Below, piece by piece: positions 28,201 to 37,969 of a DNA stretch of 64,000 bases. The DNA is from a virus. The position numbers were made by a program, and so were the translations under genes. The stretch spans positions 1 through 64,000 of the IMG/VR virus record IMGVR_UViG_3300037843_000280, one strand, 5' to 3'. The notes under the pieces were generated by a model that worked only from the letters and a program-made list of their open reading frames with translations, did not search any database and was not told where the DNA came from. Position 1 is the first letter of the stretch. Each line of letters starts with the position of its first letter.

Positions 28201-30712
28201 CGCCGTTCGGGTTGTTCAGCGTGATTGTGCCGGGGTTGCCTGGCGTGGAGGCGACGTAGTTGAATGTCCCGTTGTTTCCAGAGGCTAGACCGGAAACGAT
28301 GTACACGTCTGACGTCGAATACGGGACCGCCGGGACAACGCCCGTGTACACGGTGTTTCCGCCGGAGGTGCCAGCATTGGAGACGATGTTGATCCTGACG
28401 CCGTTGAGCGAGAACCCGGATAAGGAGCCGGAAATCGCCAGCCCGGAGTGCCCCGCAGTGCCACTTCCGGGCGGAATGTTGTCGAAGGCTTGCGTGGCGT
28501 CGAAGATGCCCCAGCTTCCATCAGTCGGGTGGACTTCGTTCGTCAAGAAACCCGGAACAAGGCGAATGCTGCTCAGTTCCGTCTCCACGTTCACGGTGAC
28601 CTGCGCCGTAGCTGTGTGCGAAGCGCTGTCCGAAATTGTCAGGGAGAACGTGCGGACGCCTGTGGTCGGGAACCCACCCGGTATGGAGGCTGTCGAGCCG
28701 CCTATTGGGATTTCAATCTGACCGTCCACGAGTGCCACGGTGCCGAAATAGGGAGCATCGACCGGATTGGCACCAAATAGCAGTCCGTGGTACGGTGACT
28801 GCCCGCCGAACACCGGGACGACGATCTTGAATTCCTCGAACGTGTAGACCGTGGTCTGGTTGGCGGCGACGTGGTAGCCGAAGCCGAGCGCCGCTGGCTC
28901 CAGAGTCATGGTGTAAGTCTGGGTTGCCTTGGCACCGATGGAGTCCGTGACCTGGATCGTGACGCTGTAGGTCGTCGTGAAATCTGTGGTGGAGTTGTAG
29001 GTCTGCGGCGTGCCTGTGACCAGGCCCGTGTTCTGGTTGATGCTCAGACCGGCGGGGAACGCGCCCGCTGGTGCGCTCCACTGGTACGGTGCCAGGCCGC
29101 CCGGCTGGGTCGAGTTGCCGTTGATGTTGCCGACCTGCATCTGCACGTTGTACACGGTGCCGACCTGCGCCACGCCGAGTGAGGTGCCAGTCGTGACGAG
29201 CGGGTTGCTGTTCGCGTCCGTCTGGTTGGGCGCGATCTGCACCTTCATGTCCGTCTCGACCAGCATATTCAGGGTCGCGTGGGCGATGGACGGCGGAACG
29301 CTGGAGTCGGACACGGAGAAGTTGGCTGCGAAGAGACCGAGCACGAGCGGAGTGCCGTTGATGACGCCCGCAGTATTCATGGTGACGCCGGGCGGAAGCG
29401 GGTCAACGCTCCAGATAAACGGGGGGATGCCTCCCGCTGTTTGCATCTGGAACGTGCCGCCGAGGGCCTGCACGACCGACTTGCCAACGTACAGCGTCGG
29501 AAGGGTGGTCGTGGAGATGCCAACAGGGGTCAATTCCGTAGCAGACGTGGCCGTAAGCTCATAAGGCGGGAAGACAAGTTCCTTGGAGCGTGGGCGGCCC
29601 GAGATCGGAAATACGTCTACGGCCATCGTGCCGAAGAGCGAGCTTGCATTGCCGAAGCGCGTCGATGCGACGAGCAGCTTGAGTTCCTGCGTGACAGTGT
29701 CGCGCACGAGCACGCGTGCGAGGACTTCCCACGGGTTCGGCGACGACGCGCCCGTGGTCGCCGTCGTGATCTCGAAGCCCTGCTGACCGCCGATGCCGAG
29801 GCTCCCCGTCAAGCCCTGCTGGGCGGTCGAGGACGTGGCGGACTGCTGGTTGATGACGAAAATCTGCTGCTGAATCTGGCTGACCTGCGCGGACGGCGGA
29901 TCGTACTGAGCGCCATTGTAGTTCCGGCGTGTCTGGACGGTCACGAGGAACGTGCCCGGCGTCGAGAACGACTTGACCACAACGTTGTTCGCCAGAGGCA
30001 GCCAGCCTGTGGTTGTGTTGTCGGGCCAAAGTATCTGCCACTGATCCGCCCCGATGTACGCCGGGCTGAGCGTGACGGTAAGGGCTTGCCCGAGGAGCAG
30101 GGATGTGCTGCTGAAGACGATATTCGCCGCGACCAGCGGCGTCGGGAAGGGGCGCGATACGAAGGACGCGCCGGTTTCCCAAGGGTCGCTGTCGTAGGCG
30201 GTCGTTGGCGACATGGTCGCCGTGGCGGGGTTCGTCTCTGCTAAAGCTGCTGAGTTCTGCAACGTGAGAGTCGTCGTCGTCGAAGCGATGCAAAGGAACG
30301 TGCCGTTGTTCTGCGCGGCGTGGGTGCTGAACCCCGCCACGACGAAGGTTATGCCCGCGTAGCTGTTGTTGCCCCCGTTGATGGCTCCCGTGTACACGGC
30401 GGTAGTGCCAATAGCGAGCGCGACGCCGGTCAGCGTAAAGCTGTTCACGGCTTTCGCCGTCATCGTCAGCGAGTATGGGGTGGCGGACGGACCGAGAACC
30501 TGCGTGAAGAACAGGCTCGCGCCGCTGTAGGCGATGGGTGACAGGAAAAACTGTGTGGTCGCCGGGCCCCCGGCTTGGTACGTGATGTTCCAGCCCGAGT
30601 ACTGGTCGAAGGACCCATCGGGGCAGACAGGCGGCTGCCAGCTCACCGTCAGAACATTATTCTGGTCGATTGTGGCCATTGCCGGGGCGGATTGTAGTGT
30701 CAAGTTGCTCAT
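25292..30712 (-). CDS. Giant structural protein (1806 aa) with four ~60-aa Cys-containing repeats (VYTG...VTGF.NP.NNGTF.C.AST.TTLTL)
   Basis: ORF track. Repeats read directly from the protein sequence. Confidence 0.65.
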   Translation of the reverse strand: MSNLTLQSAPAMATIDQNNVLTVSWQPPVCPDGSFDQYSGWNITYQAGGPATTQFFLSPIAYSGASLFFTQVLGPSATPYSLTMTAKAVNSFTLTGVALAIGTTAVYTGAINGGNNSYAGITFVVAGFSTHAAQNNGTFLCIASTTTTLTLQNSAALAETNPATATMSPTTAYDSDPWETGASFVSRPFPTPLVAANIVFSSTSLLLGQALTVTLSPAYIGADQWQILWPDNTTTGWLPLANNVVVKSFSTPGTFLVTVQTRRNYNGAQYDPPSAQVSQIQQQIFVINQQSATSSTAQQGLTGSLGIGGQQGFEITTATTGASSPNPWEVLARVLVRDTVTQELKLLVASTRFGNASSLFGTMAVDVFPISGRPRSKELVFPPYELTATSATELTPVGISTTTLPTLYVGKSVVQALGGTFQMQTAGGIPPFIWSVDPLPPGVTMNTAGVINGTPLVLGLFAANFSVSDSSVPPSIAHATLNMLVETDMKVQIAPNQTDANSNPLVTTGTSLGVAQVGTVYNVQMQVGNINGNSTQPGGLAPYQWSAPAGAFPAGLSINQNTGLVTGTPQTYNSTTDFTTTYSVTIQVTDSIGAKATQTYTMTLEPAALGFGYHVAANQTTVYTFEEFKIVVPVFGGQSPYHGLLFGANPVDAPYFGTVALVDGQIEIPIGGSTASIPGGFPTTGVRTFSLTISDSASHTATAQVTVNVETELSSIRLVPGFLTNEVHPTDGSWGIFDATQAFDNIPPGSGTAGHSGLAISGSLSGFSLNGVRINIVSNAGTSGGNTVYTGVVPAVPYSTSDVYIVSGLASGNNGTFNYVASTPGNPGTITLNNPNGVLTAASAFALSAAANASSGTTVYTGVGFNATANFYAGQFFVISSFVLNPQNNGTFLCTASTGTTLTLANPYGAAETLTGSPPSATATEVLGKALKGVFLGNGIATAIDPTSATLSSPVVVQLPDSEWYGPPGNNAAIANAYYGNAQTRVLMQVNQQLAFAYAAQNSGGNTVYTYATPQPESVSNAFQNAQFTVTGFLNPANNGTFMCVASTTTTLTLNNPSGVATYSQITATAATGGIVSVNALNTFTAAPAPFPPTNAEQVYIQGTAEATINTQRLFQVSTVDNPPSGPSTSFTTLFSIGDYSNPSEPGTAIVITPQPFANAVTTYIPAVSGSESISREYTSLAHNDPATYNLTHVAASVGTTAVYTGNIIGGANNAFAGYSFSVTGFVTNPTQNNGYFLCTASTVGTLTLANANAIGESSVVAIATGDIGTIVAYPHPYITGDGVGTNPRKSYYNAPQLGPLSGTGSPFFTPLTARVVVPSTLPPGLSLDANTGLIYGTLVGTQSTPTVVQYIDAGGNVHGTATINWALYQSAFQLIDNVVDVQPVGSPYNGATAFTAPVGVSLQSASLLYGVLPRGLTVGASSNNITISGTPIEAGYFDCWFSCTSTTGQHAYVYHRISTVVPNTALTIVGWKDGASGTVINSFIGNTLPNALIAGGQYGPSALGVQLVATGGVAPYTFTSTPSPMNGTAPNLSLASSGLITGTVPANFSPNPATFTFTVTDSVAATFTTQTLSITSQPSGLHFTNSPFTIPIVSGISESYQLTATGSANTPYTFQLSPNNTNSLPVGIGVSSSGLVSGITTQSGYNKSVLFRVVDTLNAYSDQTFTVTVGVGLALQTGIDFEDGTSTTYLGYVDAGNVATINPAPNLSFYVVATNVVSTSTSTIQVSLSNSALSVGTIQLNTGTRTALIPLLGPFNAGSPGDNDLVVSVTDSGVQATAVFKWKVYTDGNLIVTPSSGSFPTQLLS

Positions 30713-33700
30713 TATCCTACCTGCGTCACTATATTCGAACTCGCGTCAACGGTCACACCACCGAGGAACGGAGTAACGCTCACGGTACGTGAAAGAACAC
30801 TGTTGGCTTGTAATACTGCCGTCCCGCCCGATTGGAAGTCGGTCGTCACCGAAATGCTGGAGTTCAACTGCGCCTCCGCCACGACCTGCGCGGCCGCCAC
30901 ATTCGTCTCGTTGGAAGGCAAGTGCGCCTGCAAATTCAGCGTGCCGTTGCGGCTGACTATGTAGAACGCGCCCGGCTGGTGGAGTGTGCCGCCCGCGTTC
31001 AGGTTCACGTTGGAGGCGGTCACGTTCGTCTGCACGGCGACGATCCCGGTACCGGCGTCCGGCACGTTCAGGAGACCGCCGTCGAGGATCACGGAGTCGC
31101 AGCCCACGAACGACCCCGCCTGCACGTTGTTCACCCACTGGCAGCCGACCATGTCGATGTCGCCGTTGTAGGCGAGGACGGCCGGGTTCAGGAAGCCCTT
31201 GAACTGGATGCCGTTCAGGATCACGCGGCTCGTGTCCATGTAGAAGGCGCACGTCGGGCCGTCGCCGAATCCGGCGAACCCGGTGGCGTCGATGACCACG
31301 GGGTTGGTAGCCCCGGAGGTCTGCGAGATCACGAGGCGTCCCTCGCCCTGGATGACTCGGGACAGGTTGGCGACGCAGTAAATCTTGGTTGAGCGGATGT
31401 CCCCGTCGCCCAACGCGACCGTATTGATGTTCGGGATCGTGGACAGCGAGTAAGGGATGCCGGTGTCCGCGCAGATAACCACGCACGGGAACGTGAGCAC
31501 GGGCGGGAACAGGGCGATTGCAGCCCCGAGGGTCGCCTTCTGCTCGACCAAGGACAAGCCGGAGTTGGCGTCGTTGCCCGTCGAGTTGTTCACGTACAGC
31601 GTGATGGGCGCGACGGTGGTCTGGAGGTTCTGGCCGAGCACGGTGCGCGGCGTCGGCGGGGCGATGGCGAACCCGATGTGCGGGATGGCCTGCCCGAACC
31701 CGCGCTGCGCGGTCTGCGTGAACTGGATCGTCTTGCGGGTGTCCTTGTTCACGGGCGGGATAAAGTCGTTTGTGTGCATCGGCGCGAGGAACGTGTCCTC
31801 GACGTTGTCGAACTGCATCGCGACGTAGTTGCTGTCGAAGAACGAGGCGAGGGGCGTGTTGGCAAGCTGCGCGTCGTTCCAGTTGAGCAGCGCTGGGAGC
31901 ATGGTGATAATCGGAAGCTCGCGGTTGTACGGGTACACGTCAGCTAAACCGACAACGGGAGCCGCGCCCGTGCCGTTCGAGGTGATGAGCGCGTTGTCCT
32001 CGGTGTGAAGGATTTCATACACGCGGTTGATGACGCCCTCACCCTGGTAGGGAACGTACTGCTCGCTGACGATAAGCGTAGAGGTCGGGGTCAGGGACGG
32101 CAGGATCGAGCCTACGAAGAAGAACGGCTGTGCGCCGCTTCCGGTAAGCTGCACGGTGCCCGGCACGACAATCGTGACCGTGCCGTTGATGACATTGGTG
32201 CTCGTCACCTGCATCGCCTGCGCGACGGCCGGGGAGACAGAGGTATTTACCACCCAAATGAAGTGGTTGACGTCGTCGCCTGCGAAACCCTTCGGCACGC
32301 AATTCTTGAAGCCAAGCACGATTGTAGTCGGCGTGCCTGAGCCGCCTACCTGCGACACATTCTCCACGACGACTCGCGGGTCCATCGGGAAGTTCGCGTC
32401 TCCAGCCCAGTTGCCGGACAGCACCGTCTCCTCGATCTCGGTGATGCCCTTGACCGGGGCGTTGTAATTCGCCTGGCACGTGTTGGCGCACAGGAGCGAG
32501 AAGATGACCGTCGAGCTTGACGGCACCGCCGCCTGGATCGTGACCACGGTCTGCGTTTGGATTCCCGCCGTAGTGCCCATGGTGCGCCCAGTGATCGTGT
32601 ACAGCGTTCCGGGTCCAGTCACCGAATCCCAGGCGGCTATGCAGTAAAGAACGCCCAGCGTGCCGCTGACACCGTTCGTCGGAATTGTGAAAGTAGTGAT
32701 CGTCTGCCCGCCGACAGTCGTCTGAACGCCAGCGGAGCCGGGCACGGCGAGCCAGAGCCTTGTGCCGATCACGGTGTCGGAGTACTCGGGGCTGACCGCC
32801 AGCAGGGCGTTGATCGTCGTCGGCTGACCGTTGACCAGAACGGTCGTCGGCAAGGCGACCTGCGACGACTGGACAAGGTACTCAGAAACGCCGTAAACGG
32901 GGTACACGATGCCGCTCGCGATGTCCGTGAGGACGCCACCGTCCACGGAAAACGGAATCACGCGGAGATCGACGCCGGAGCCGGATGGGTAGGTCACGCC
33001 GACCGTGACATAAAGGTTGTTGGTGCCAGGATCGAAGGCAGTGCTCGCGAGGTTGACAACGAACTGCACCGAGACCATCGCGGTGCCAATACCCGAGACT
33101 TCGAACTGCCCCTGAAGCAGGGCCGCCGGAGTTTTCGTGCCCGCCTGGCTGTTGCTGACTAGAGCGGTAACGTCCACGGCGGTAATCTTGCCGCTGGACG
33201 ATGTCGGTAAGTTCACGGCGAACGTGTCGCCGTTGGTCCAAGCCGTGTTGGTATTTCCCGAGGTCTTCTGGGAGATCGGAATCGAGACGGTGGTGAAGTA
33301 GGTGCGCGTGTCGGAACTGAAGCCGTTCTGGAAGCCATCCCACTGACCCACCGTGTTTGTGTTGGCGACGTTCGCCGGGGCGACGGACACGCTGTACTCC
33401 AGCGTGCTGCCGAGCGCCCTCGGGTCGTTGCCCGGAGACAGACCGCGAGAGATGGCCAGCCTGGTGTTGCCGGTCACGAGGTCGCCGAAGCCGAACCGCA
33501 TGTCGGAGTCCAGGTCGTCGCCCTGGAGGCGCACGACCGAGCGCGTGTCAACCGCGTCGCCCGGAAAAACCTGGTCGGCTAGCTCGTTATCAAAGCGTCC
33601 TGAGATGCCTGTCGCGGTGGTGCCGGAGCCGGGAACACTGGGGGAGGCGCAACCGAAAAGGTTCTGAACGACGTCGAAGTTGCCCGTGTTGCGCTGGAAC

Positions 33701-34746
33701 ACGACGGCGAGCGGCATTGCGTAGCTGTAGCCGTCCATGGTGCCGAGCGAGTTGTTCGTATTGCCGTCCCCGGCGACCCAAAGACCCGTGTCACCGTTGA
33801 TCGGGTATGGGTTCCAGTACGCGCTGTTCGTCTGTTTCGTGACCGGATCGACCGGGGGCACGCCAACCGGAACGGTGATATAGGCGATGAAGTACAAGTT
33901 GTTGTAAAACACCGTGCTGCCGTCGAAGTATTGCGTGGCGCTGCTCCAGGCGGGGATCGACGGGCTGCCACCCATGTACGTGAATCGGTAGGGCAGCAAG
34001 CCGTTGAGCGGCGAGAGGGCCGAGACTGGCGAGACATCGGGCAACGACGCCTGCGCGTATATCGCCATAGGCGCGTAGGGGTTCGTGTCGCTCGTATCCG
34101 GATCGAGACCGAACTTGTACTGGCTGAAGTTGTAGTTCAGACCTATGCGCTGCACGTTGATGCGCCATTGAATCTGTGCGCGTTCCGTGGTGAACAACCC
34201 CGCCGTCACGTCGATGGAATCGTCCGGCACGATCTCCGCATTCGATGGGTCGGGTTGGACGCCGCCGTAGGGGTAGAAGTAAAAGAGTTTCGTCATCGGG
34301 TCTTGGTAGTAGCCCTGCCCAGTGACGGGGTTGAGCGACTGGTACCACAGTTCGAGGAACACGACCCATACTCGGGCTGGTTCCTCAAGAGTCCCCGGTG
34401 CCCAAGCCGCAGGCGGGGGAATCTGCACCCGGTTCTGCGTGAGGTCAGCGGACATATTTCCCGCGACGGTGACCACCGTGCCGTTAAAGAGCACGTCGAA
34501 AGTCGGGACGGTGAAGACCAAGGGGTTCTGCGTGTTGAACGCCATCGGCGCGTATGTCAGGCTGCCCGACGAGACCATGTCGTTGAGAACACGCGCCCGC
34601 TTGAGGTCCTGCAAATCCTGGATCAGGTTTATGTCAGCATCGGAGATTTCGTGGTCGTGCAGTGAGACGATTGTACGGAGGGATTTCTGGGAAGGGTCTA
34701 ATGTTCGGCTCACAATCAACGGATATTGGAATGTGTTGTTCCCCAT
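30712..34746 (-). CDS. Giant tailspike-like protein (1344 aa) with a C-terminal parallel beta-helix-like region (putative depolymerase)
   Basis: ORF track. The C-terminal ~300 aa show periodic G/N/V-rich beta-helix-style repeats (GDIDMVGCQWVNNVQAGSFVGCDSVILDGG...). Confidence 0.5.
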   Translation of the reverse strand: MGNNTFQYPLIVSRTLDPSQKSLRTIVSLHDHEISDADINLIQDLQDLKRARVLNDMVSSGSLTYAPMAFNTQNPLVFTVPTFDVLFNGTVVTVAGNMSADLTQNRVQIPPPAAWAPGTLEEPARVWVVFLELWYQSLNPVTGQGYYQDPMTKLFYFYPYGGVQPDPSNAEIVPDDSIDVTAGLFTTERAQIQWRINVQRIGLNYNFSQYKFGLDPDTSDTNPYAPMAIYAQASLPDVSPVSALSPLNGLLPYRFTYMGGSPSIPAWSSATQYFDGSTVFYNNLYFIAYITVPVGVPPVDPVTKQTNSAYWNPYPINGDTGLWVAGDGNTNNSLGTMDGYSYAMPLAVVFQRNTGNFDVVQNLFGCASPSVPGSGTTATGISGRFDNELADQVFPGDAVDTRSVVRLQGDDLDSDMRFGFGDLVTGNTRLAISRGLSPGNDPRALGSTLEYSVSVAPANVANTNTVGQWDGFQNGFSSDTRTYFTTVSIPISQKTSGNTNTAWTNGDTFAVNLPTSSSGKITAVDVTALVSNSQAGTKTPAALLQGQFEVSGIGTAMVSVQFVVNLASTAFDPGTNNLYVTVGVTYPSGSGVDLRVIPFSVDGGVLTDIASGIVYPVYGVSEYLVQSSQVALPTTVLVNGQPTTINALLAVSPEYSDTVIGTRLWLAVPGSAGVQTTVGGQTITTFTIPTNGVSGTLGVLYCIAAWDSVTGPGTLYTITGRTMGTTAGIQTQTVVTIQAAVPSSSTVIFSLLCANTCQANYNAPVKGITEIEETVLSGNWAGDANFPMDPRVVVENVSQVGGSGTPTTIVLGFKNCVPKGFAGDDVNHFIWVVNTSVSPAVAQAMQVTSTNVINGTVTIVVPGTVQLTGSGAQPFFFVGSILPSLTPTSTLIVSEQYVPYQGEGVINRVYEILHTEDNALITSNGTGAAPVVGLADVYPYNRELPIITMLPALLNWNDAQLANTPLASFFDSNYVAMQFDNVEDTFLAPMHTNDFIPPVNKDTRKTIQFTQTAQRGFGQAIPHIGFAIAPPTPRTVLGQNLQTTVAPITLYVNNSTGNDANSGLSLVEQKATLGAAIALFPPVLTFPCVVICADTGIPYSLSTIPNINTVALGDGDIRSTKIYCVANLSRVIQGEGRLVISQTSGATNPVVIDATGFAGFGDGPTCAFYMDTSRVILNGIQFKGFLNPAVLAYNGDIDMVGCQWVNNVQAGSFVGCDSVILDGGLLNVPDAGTGIVAVQTNVTASNVNLNAGGTLHQPGAFYIVSRNGTLNLQAHLPSNETNVAAAQVVAEAQLNSSISVTTDFQSGGTAVLQANSVLSRTVSVTPFLGGVTVDASSNIVTQVG

Positions 34747-35160
34747 TTAAGCCGCGACCTCTCTCATGACAAATACTCCGGGTTCCGTATGACCGCAGGA
34801 TGTTTTCCCGCCCGCCAAAGCCTTGGCGCTAACCTCAACGACGACACCGCAGGTGCATTTACATGCCCAGCAGGAATGAGAGGAATGCCCAACCTTCTGG
34901 GAGCCGACCCTCCAAACAACAAGGAGGCTGCCGAAATGCTGGTTGACAAGATTGAACCTCTTTTCCATCTTTGCTTTGCGCATCTTGACGGAGGCGCATC
35001 CGCAACTTTTCGTACGTTCTGCCAAAAGGTGGTCTTCACGGACGGTGCGCTCTGGGGTGCCGCAGAGACAACGCACCCGCCACGTGGCGCGGGAGCCGAC
35101 AGGTTCGCCCCTGCCGACGACCGACAGAAGCCCGAAACGTTGCCCGGTGAGTTCTCTCAT
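34747..35160 (-). CDS. HNH-family homing-endonuclease-like protein (137 aa), paralogous N-terminus to 8180..8785
   Basis: LTGQRFGLL motif and Cys cluster shared with the other HNH gene. Confidence 0.45.
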   Translation of the reverse strand: MRELTGQRFGLLSVVGRGEPVGSRATWRVRCLCGTPERTVREDHLLAERTKSCGCASVKMRKAKMEKRFNLVNQHFGSLLVVWRVGSQKVGHSSHSCWACKCTCGVVVEVSAKALAGGKTSCGHTEPGVFVMREVAA

Positions 35161-35224
35161 CTATTATGGGAACGATAGTGGGTAATCGTGGAACAACTAG
35201 CGAACGCCTTTGTTAGGGGAAGAG

Positions 35225-36241
35225 ATGCCTTACGATTTCATAAACCAGAACATCGTGGCTTCGTGCCTGATCCAGCCGCACGACGATGATTCTTTTTACA
35301 ACCCTGTCAGGAATTTGCACACGGGGTTCGCTTTCGACGGCAACCATTATACCCTCGGCGTGCAGGACGGTCCAGCGAGCGTGTGGGTCGCGAACGGCGG
35401 GAACCTGCGGGCGACGTGGTGGTCGGAGGCGCAGTCCGGCAACCCTTACCGGGGCGACCAGCAGAACTTCCCCACCTACGGCATCGTCTTGCTTTCCCCC
35501 GTGTCGCTGGCGATCCTAGACCAGTCCACCCCGGTCTCCGTGGCGACGGCGCTACCCCTGTGGATGCAGTTCCTCCTCGGGGACACCAACGCGCTCGCGA
35601 ACGATTTCAACGGGGCGATCCAAGGATTCCTGCCGTCCGGTGTGTGCTACGCCGACGGGATCATCTCCGTGACCTACTCGCCTGACTCGGGTAACCAAGC
35701 CTCCTATACGTACCCCGCGTGGGACGCTGCTACTGCTTACACCCCCGGAACGCCCTTGGGCACGGGTTGGGTCAACGGGAGCATCGTCACGTACAATGGC
35801 GTCCGCTACCAAGCCATCCCATCAGTTCCCTCCCTAGCCAGCCAAGTTGTCGAAGTGAATACAGGCAGCCCGCCCGCCGACGTCGTGACCTTGACGGTGA
35901 GCGCGGGGTCGTGGGCGGTGGGGCAACAGGCTTCGCTCGCGGGCTTGAACGCAGCCACGTGGCTCAACGGTCAGACCGTGGCCCTGATCGCTGGCACAAC
36001 GACCACGTCGCTGGTCTTCGTCGATCCGACCTCGCACGGGGCTTTCGGTCCGGCGGCAGAGACGGCGGGCACCGCGACCGTGGTGAACGTCGGGTTTCCC
36101 CCGGCGTCCAACCTGAGCCTTTGGGTCGTAGAGATAACGAAGCCGTACCCCGCGCCGTACCCGACCATCGGCGCAAACTCCAATATGGTCATCTCGATAG
36201 ACTTCGCACAGGACACTGCCTACTTAGACGTGGCAGTGTGA
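35225..36241 (+). CDS. Fibre-like structural protein (338 aa) with a C-terminal FLNGQ-type repeat, on the opposite strand
   Basis: ORF track trimmed to ATG MPYDF with a GGGGAAGAG RBS. Carries the ATWLNGQTVALIAGTTTTSLVF repeat. Confidence 0.55.
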   Translation: MPYDFINQNIVASCLIQPHDDDSFYNPVRNLHTGFAFDGNHYTLGVQDGPASVWVANGGNLRATWWSEAQSGNPYRGDQQNFPTYGIVLLSPVSLAILDQSTPVSVATALPLWMQFLLGDTNALANDFNGAIQGFLPSGVCYADGIISVTYSPDSGNQASYTYPAWDAATAYTPGTPLGTGWVNGSIVTYNGVRYQAIPSVPSLASQVVEVNTGSPPADVVTLTVSAGSWAVGQQASLAGLNAATWLNGQTVALIAGTTTTSLVFVDPTSHGAFGPAAETAGTATVVNVGFPPASNLSLWVVEITKPYPAPYPTIGANSNMVISIDFAQDTAYLDVAV

Positions 36242-36288
36242 AGCGAGGTGCTGTAGCCTGTTTCCCAAAAACTGCGTATTACACCCTC

Positions 36289-36933
36289 ATGGCATATAAG
36301 TCATTCACATCTACGCAGTTCAAGTCACTGGAACCCGTCATACCTTGGGAGTTCCTCGACGAACTTATTGGCTTCTACTGCGAAAACCCGGCCCCCAAAA
36401 TTCTTGATGCCACAGTGAATAATGGCCGCATTTGGGGCCGTGGCAAGTCTCGCTACAAGTACACGGGCATGGACATCGACCCTTCTGTGAACCCGGACGT
36501 GGTCGGCGACAACACCAATATGCCGTTCGAGAACGAATCTTGGGACATCGTAGTCTATGACCCACCGCACTGCGGCGACCAAGGCAAGTCTGACACCGAA
36601 TTTGCCAAGAAGTACGGTACCGGCATGACGTCCAAAAACCCTGATGGCAAGTGGGGCAGTCTGGCTCACACCTATCCTCCGTTTCTTGCCGAGGCCAAGC
36701 GCGTCCTGCGCCCCAATGGACTCCTGCTTGTGAAACTAATCGACTACACGCACAGTGCCAAATTTCAGTTCGCTACGGCAGAATTCTGGTATGCTGCTAA
36801 AGAATTTGGCTTTGAGCTTCAAGGCTTAAATATCCTGCCACGCAATGGTGTCATCACTGATACCAAGTGGAAGAAAGCATATCATCCTCGGCAGAACCAC
36901 TGCACATGGATGACATTCAAGAAAGGGAAATAG
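36289..36933 (+). CDS. DNA N6-adenine/N4-cytosine methyltransferase (214 aa; TAG stop)
   Basis: DPPH motif (VVYDPPHCGD). The real start MAYKS lies inside ORF-track 35719..36933, whose first 190 aa are frame junk. Confidence 0.55.
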   Translation: MAYKSFTSTQFKSLEPVIPWEFLDELIGFYCENPAPKILDATVNNGRIWGRGKSRYKYTGMDIDPSVNPDVVGDNTNMPFENESWDIVVYDPPHCGDQGKSDTEFAKKYGTGMTSKNPDGKWGSLAHTYPPFLAEAKRVLRPNGLLLVKLIDYTHSAKFQFATAEFWYAAKEFGFELQGLNILPRNGVITDTKWKKAYHPRQNHCTWMTFKKGK

Positions 36934-37089
36934 TGGAAACCAAACTCCCCAAAAAGATGCAGGACAAATTGCGAAAGTTCATGCGGGTAGGCTACCATCC
37001 CGAAGGCATGAAAGTACATGATGGACCTGAGTGAGCACCATGACCATGGTTCTCTATCTTCCCGCCATTTACCACTGCTCTACGCTTAC

Positions 37090-37944
37090 CTAGTTCGTCT
37101 GCGCCGCGACCCGTGCCCGGTAGTTGTTGACCTCATTCAAGGCATCGGAAAGCAGCGTCTCGGCATGGTTAAGCACTGATGTCACCGCTTTTGGACTCCG
37201 TTTCCCCTCATTCATCTCAATGATGGCCGTCTTGAGAATGTGGTTCAGAGAAGTCCGCAACCCGCGCATACGAGCGCCGATCTTAGCATTGTCGTTTTTC
37301 GCCGGATTCTTGCAATCGAAATTGATATTCCGACGCTTGCGGTCCAGCGTGCCTTTGAATTGCTCGGGGTCAAGACCAAATTTCTTGGCCGCTGTCTCCG
37401 GTCCTACGTTGTGCTCGCTCATGTATTCCATGGCACAGGCCTTCTTGATCTTGAGTTCGGTCGCCTGTACGGTGTTGAGCAGCGTCTTTAAGTACGGGGC
37501 GGGGTAAGGGAGCATTTTAATTGCTTCGGCTGGTGGAATATTCAGACGATATAGCAGGTCTTTCAGAATCATCCGCAAATCGGCTTCGGTCGGGGGAAGC
37601 GGAGCCTTTCCGTTAGCTCCTGCGTTTTCCTTGATGCCGAGAGCAATAATCTCGGCTTCTGTCATTTTGGAATCTAGAATCTCAGCAAGAATCTCTTTGT
37701 CACCCAAGTTAAGGGCGACCTGACGACGGTGGTTGCCAGAGACAAGACGGTACGAGCCGTCTTTCAACTTGATGACCTTGACGGGGTCCAACTCGACTCC
37801 AGCAAGACGCAAGTGCGCCAATCTATCGAGATTCGAGGTATCCAGTACGACGCGGAATCCTGTGTCCACACTGATTTTGTTCAGGGCTACTGTTTGCAAG
37901 TCTTTTCCCATGTTCGTCTCCTCCTGTTTAGGTTTAGAACTCAA
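37090..37944 (-). CDS. ParB-like nuclease-domain protein (284 aa)
   Basis: N-terminal ParB-like motif ...KLKDGSYRLVSGNHRRQVA... Confidence 0.55.
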   Translation of the reverse strand: MSSKPKQEETNMGKDLQTVALNKISVDTGFRVVLDTSNLDRLAHLRLAGVELDPVKVIKLKDGSYRLVSGNHRRQVALNLGDKEILAEILDSKMTEAEIIALGIKENAGANGKAPLPPTEADLRMILKDLLYRLNIPPAEAIKMLPYPAPYLKTLLNTVQATELKIKKACAMEYMSEHNVGPETAAKKFGLDPEQFKGTLDRKRRNINFDCKNPAKNDNAKIGARMRGLRTSLNHILKTAIIEMNEGKRSPKAVTSVLNHAETLLSDALNEVNNYRARVAAQTN

Positions 37945-37969
37945 TCAACAATTACATTATACCGCAATT

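Noticed and set aside
11593-34746. Diversity-generating retroelement targeting the repeat-rich fibre genes
   Set aside because: No reverse-transcriptase ORF (YADD motif) and no template/variable repeat pair near the 3' ends of fibre genes were seen.
36958-37035. 25-aa plus-strand ORF between the methyltransferase and ParB genes
   Set aside because: No RBS, very short, and in a convergent intergenic region that more likely holds a bidirectional terminator-like hairpin.
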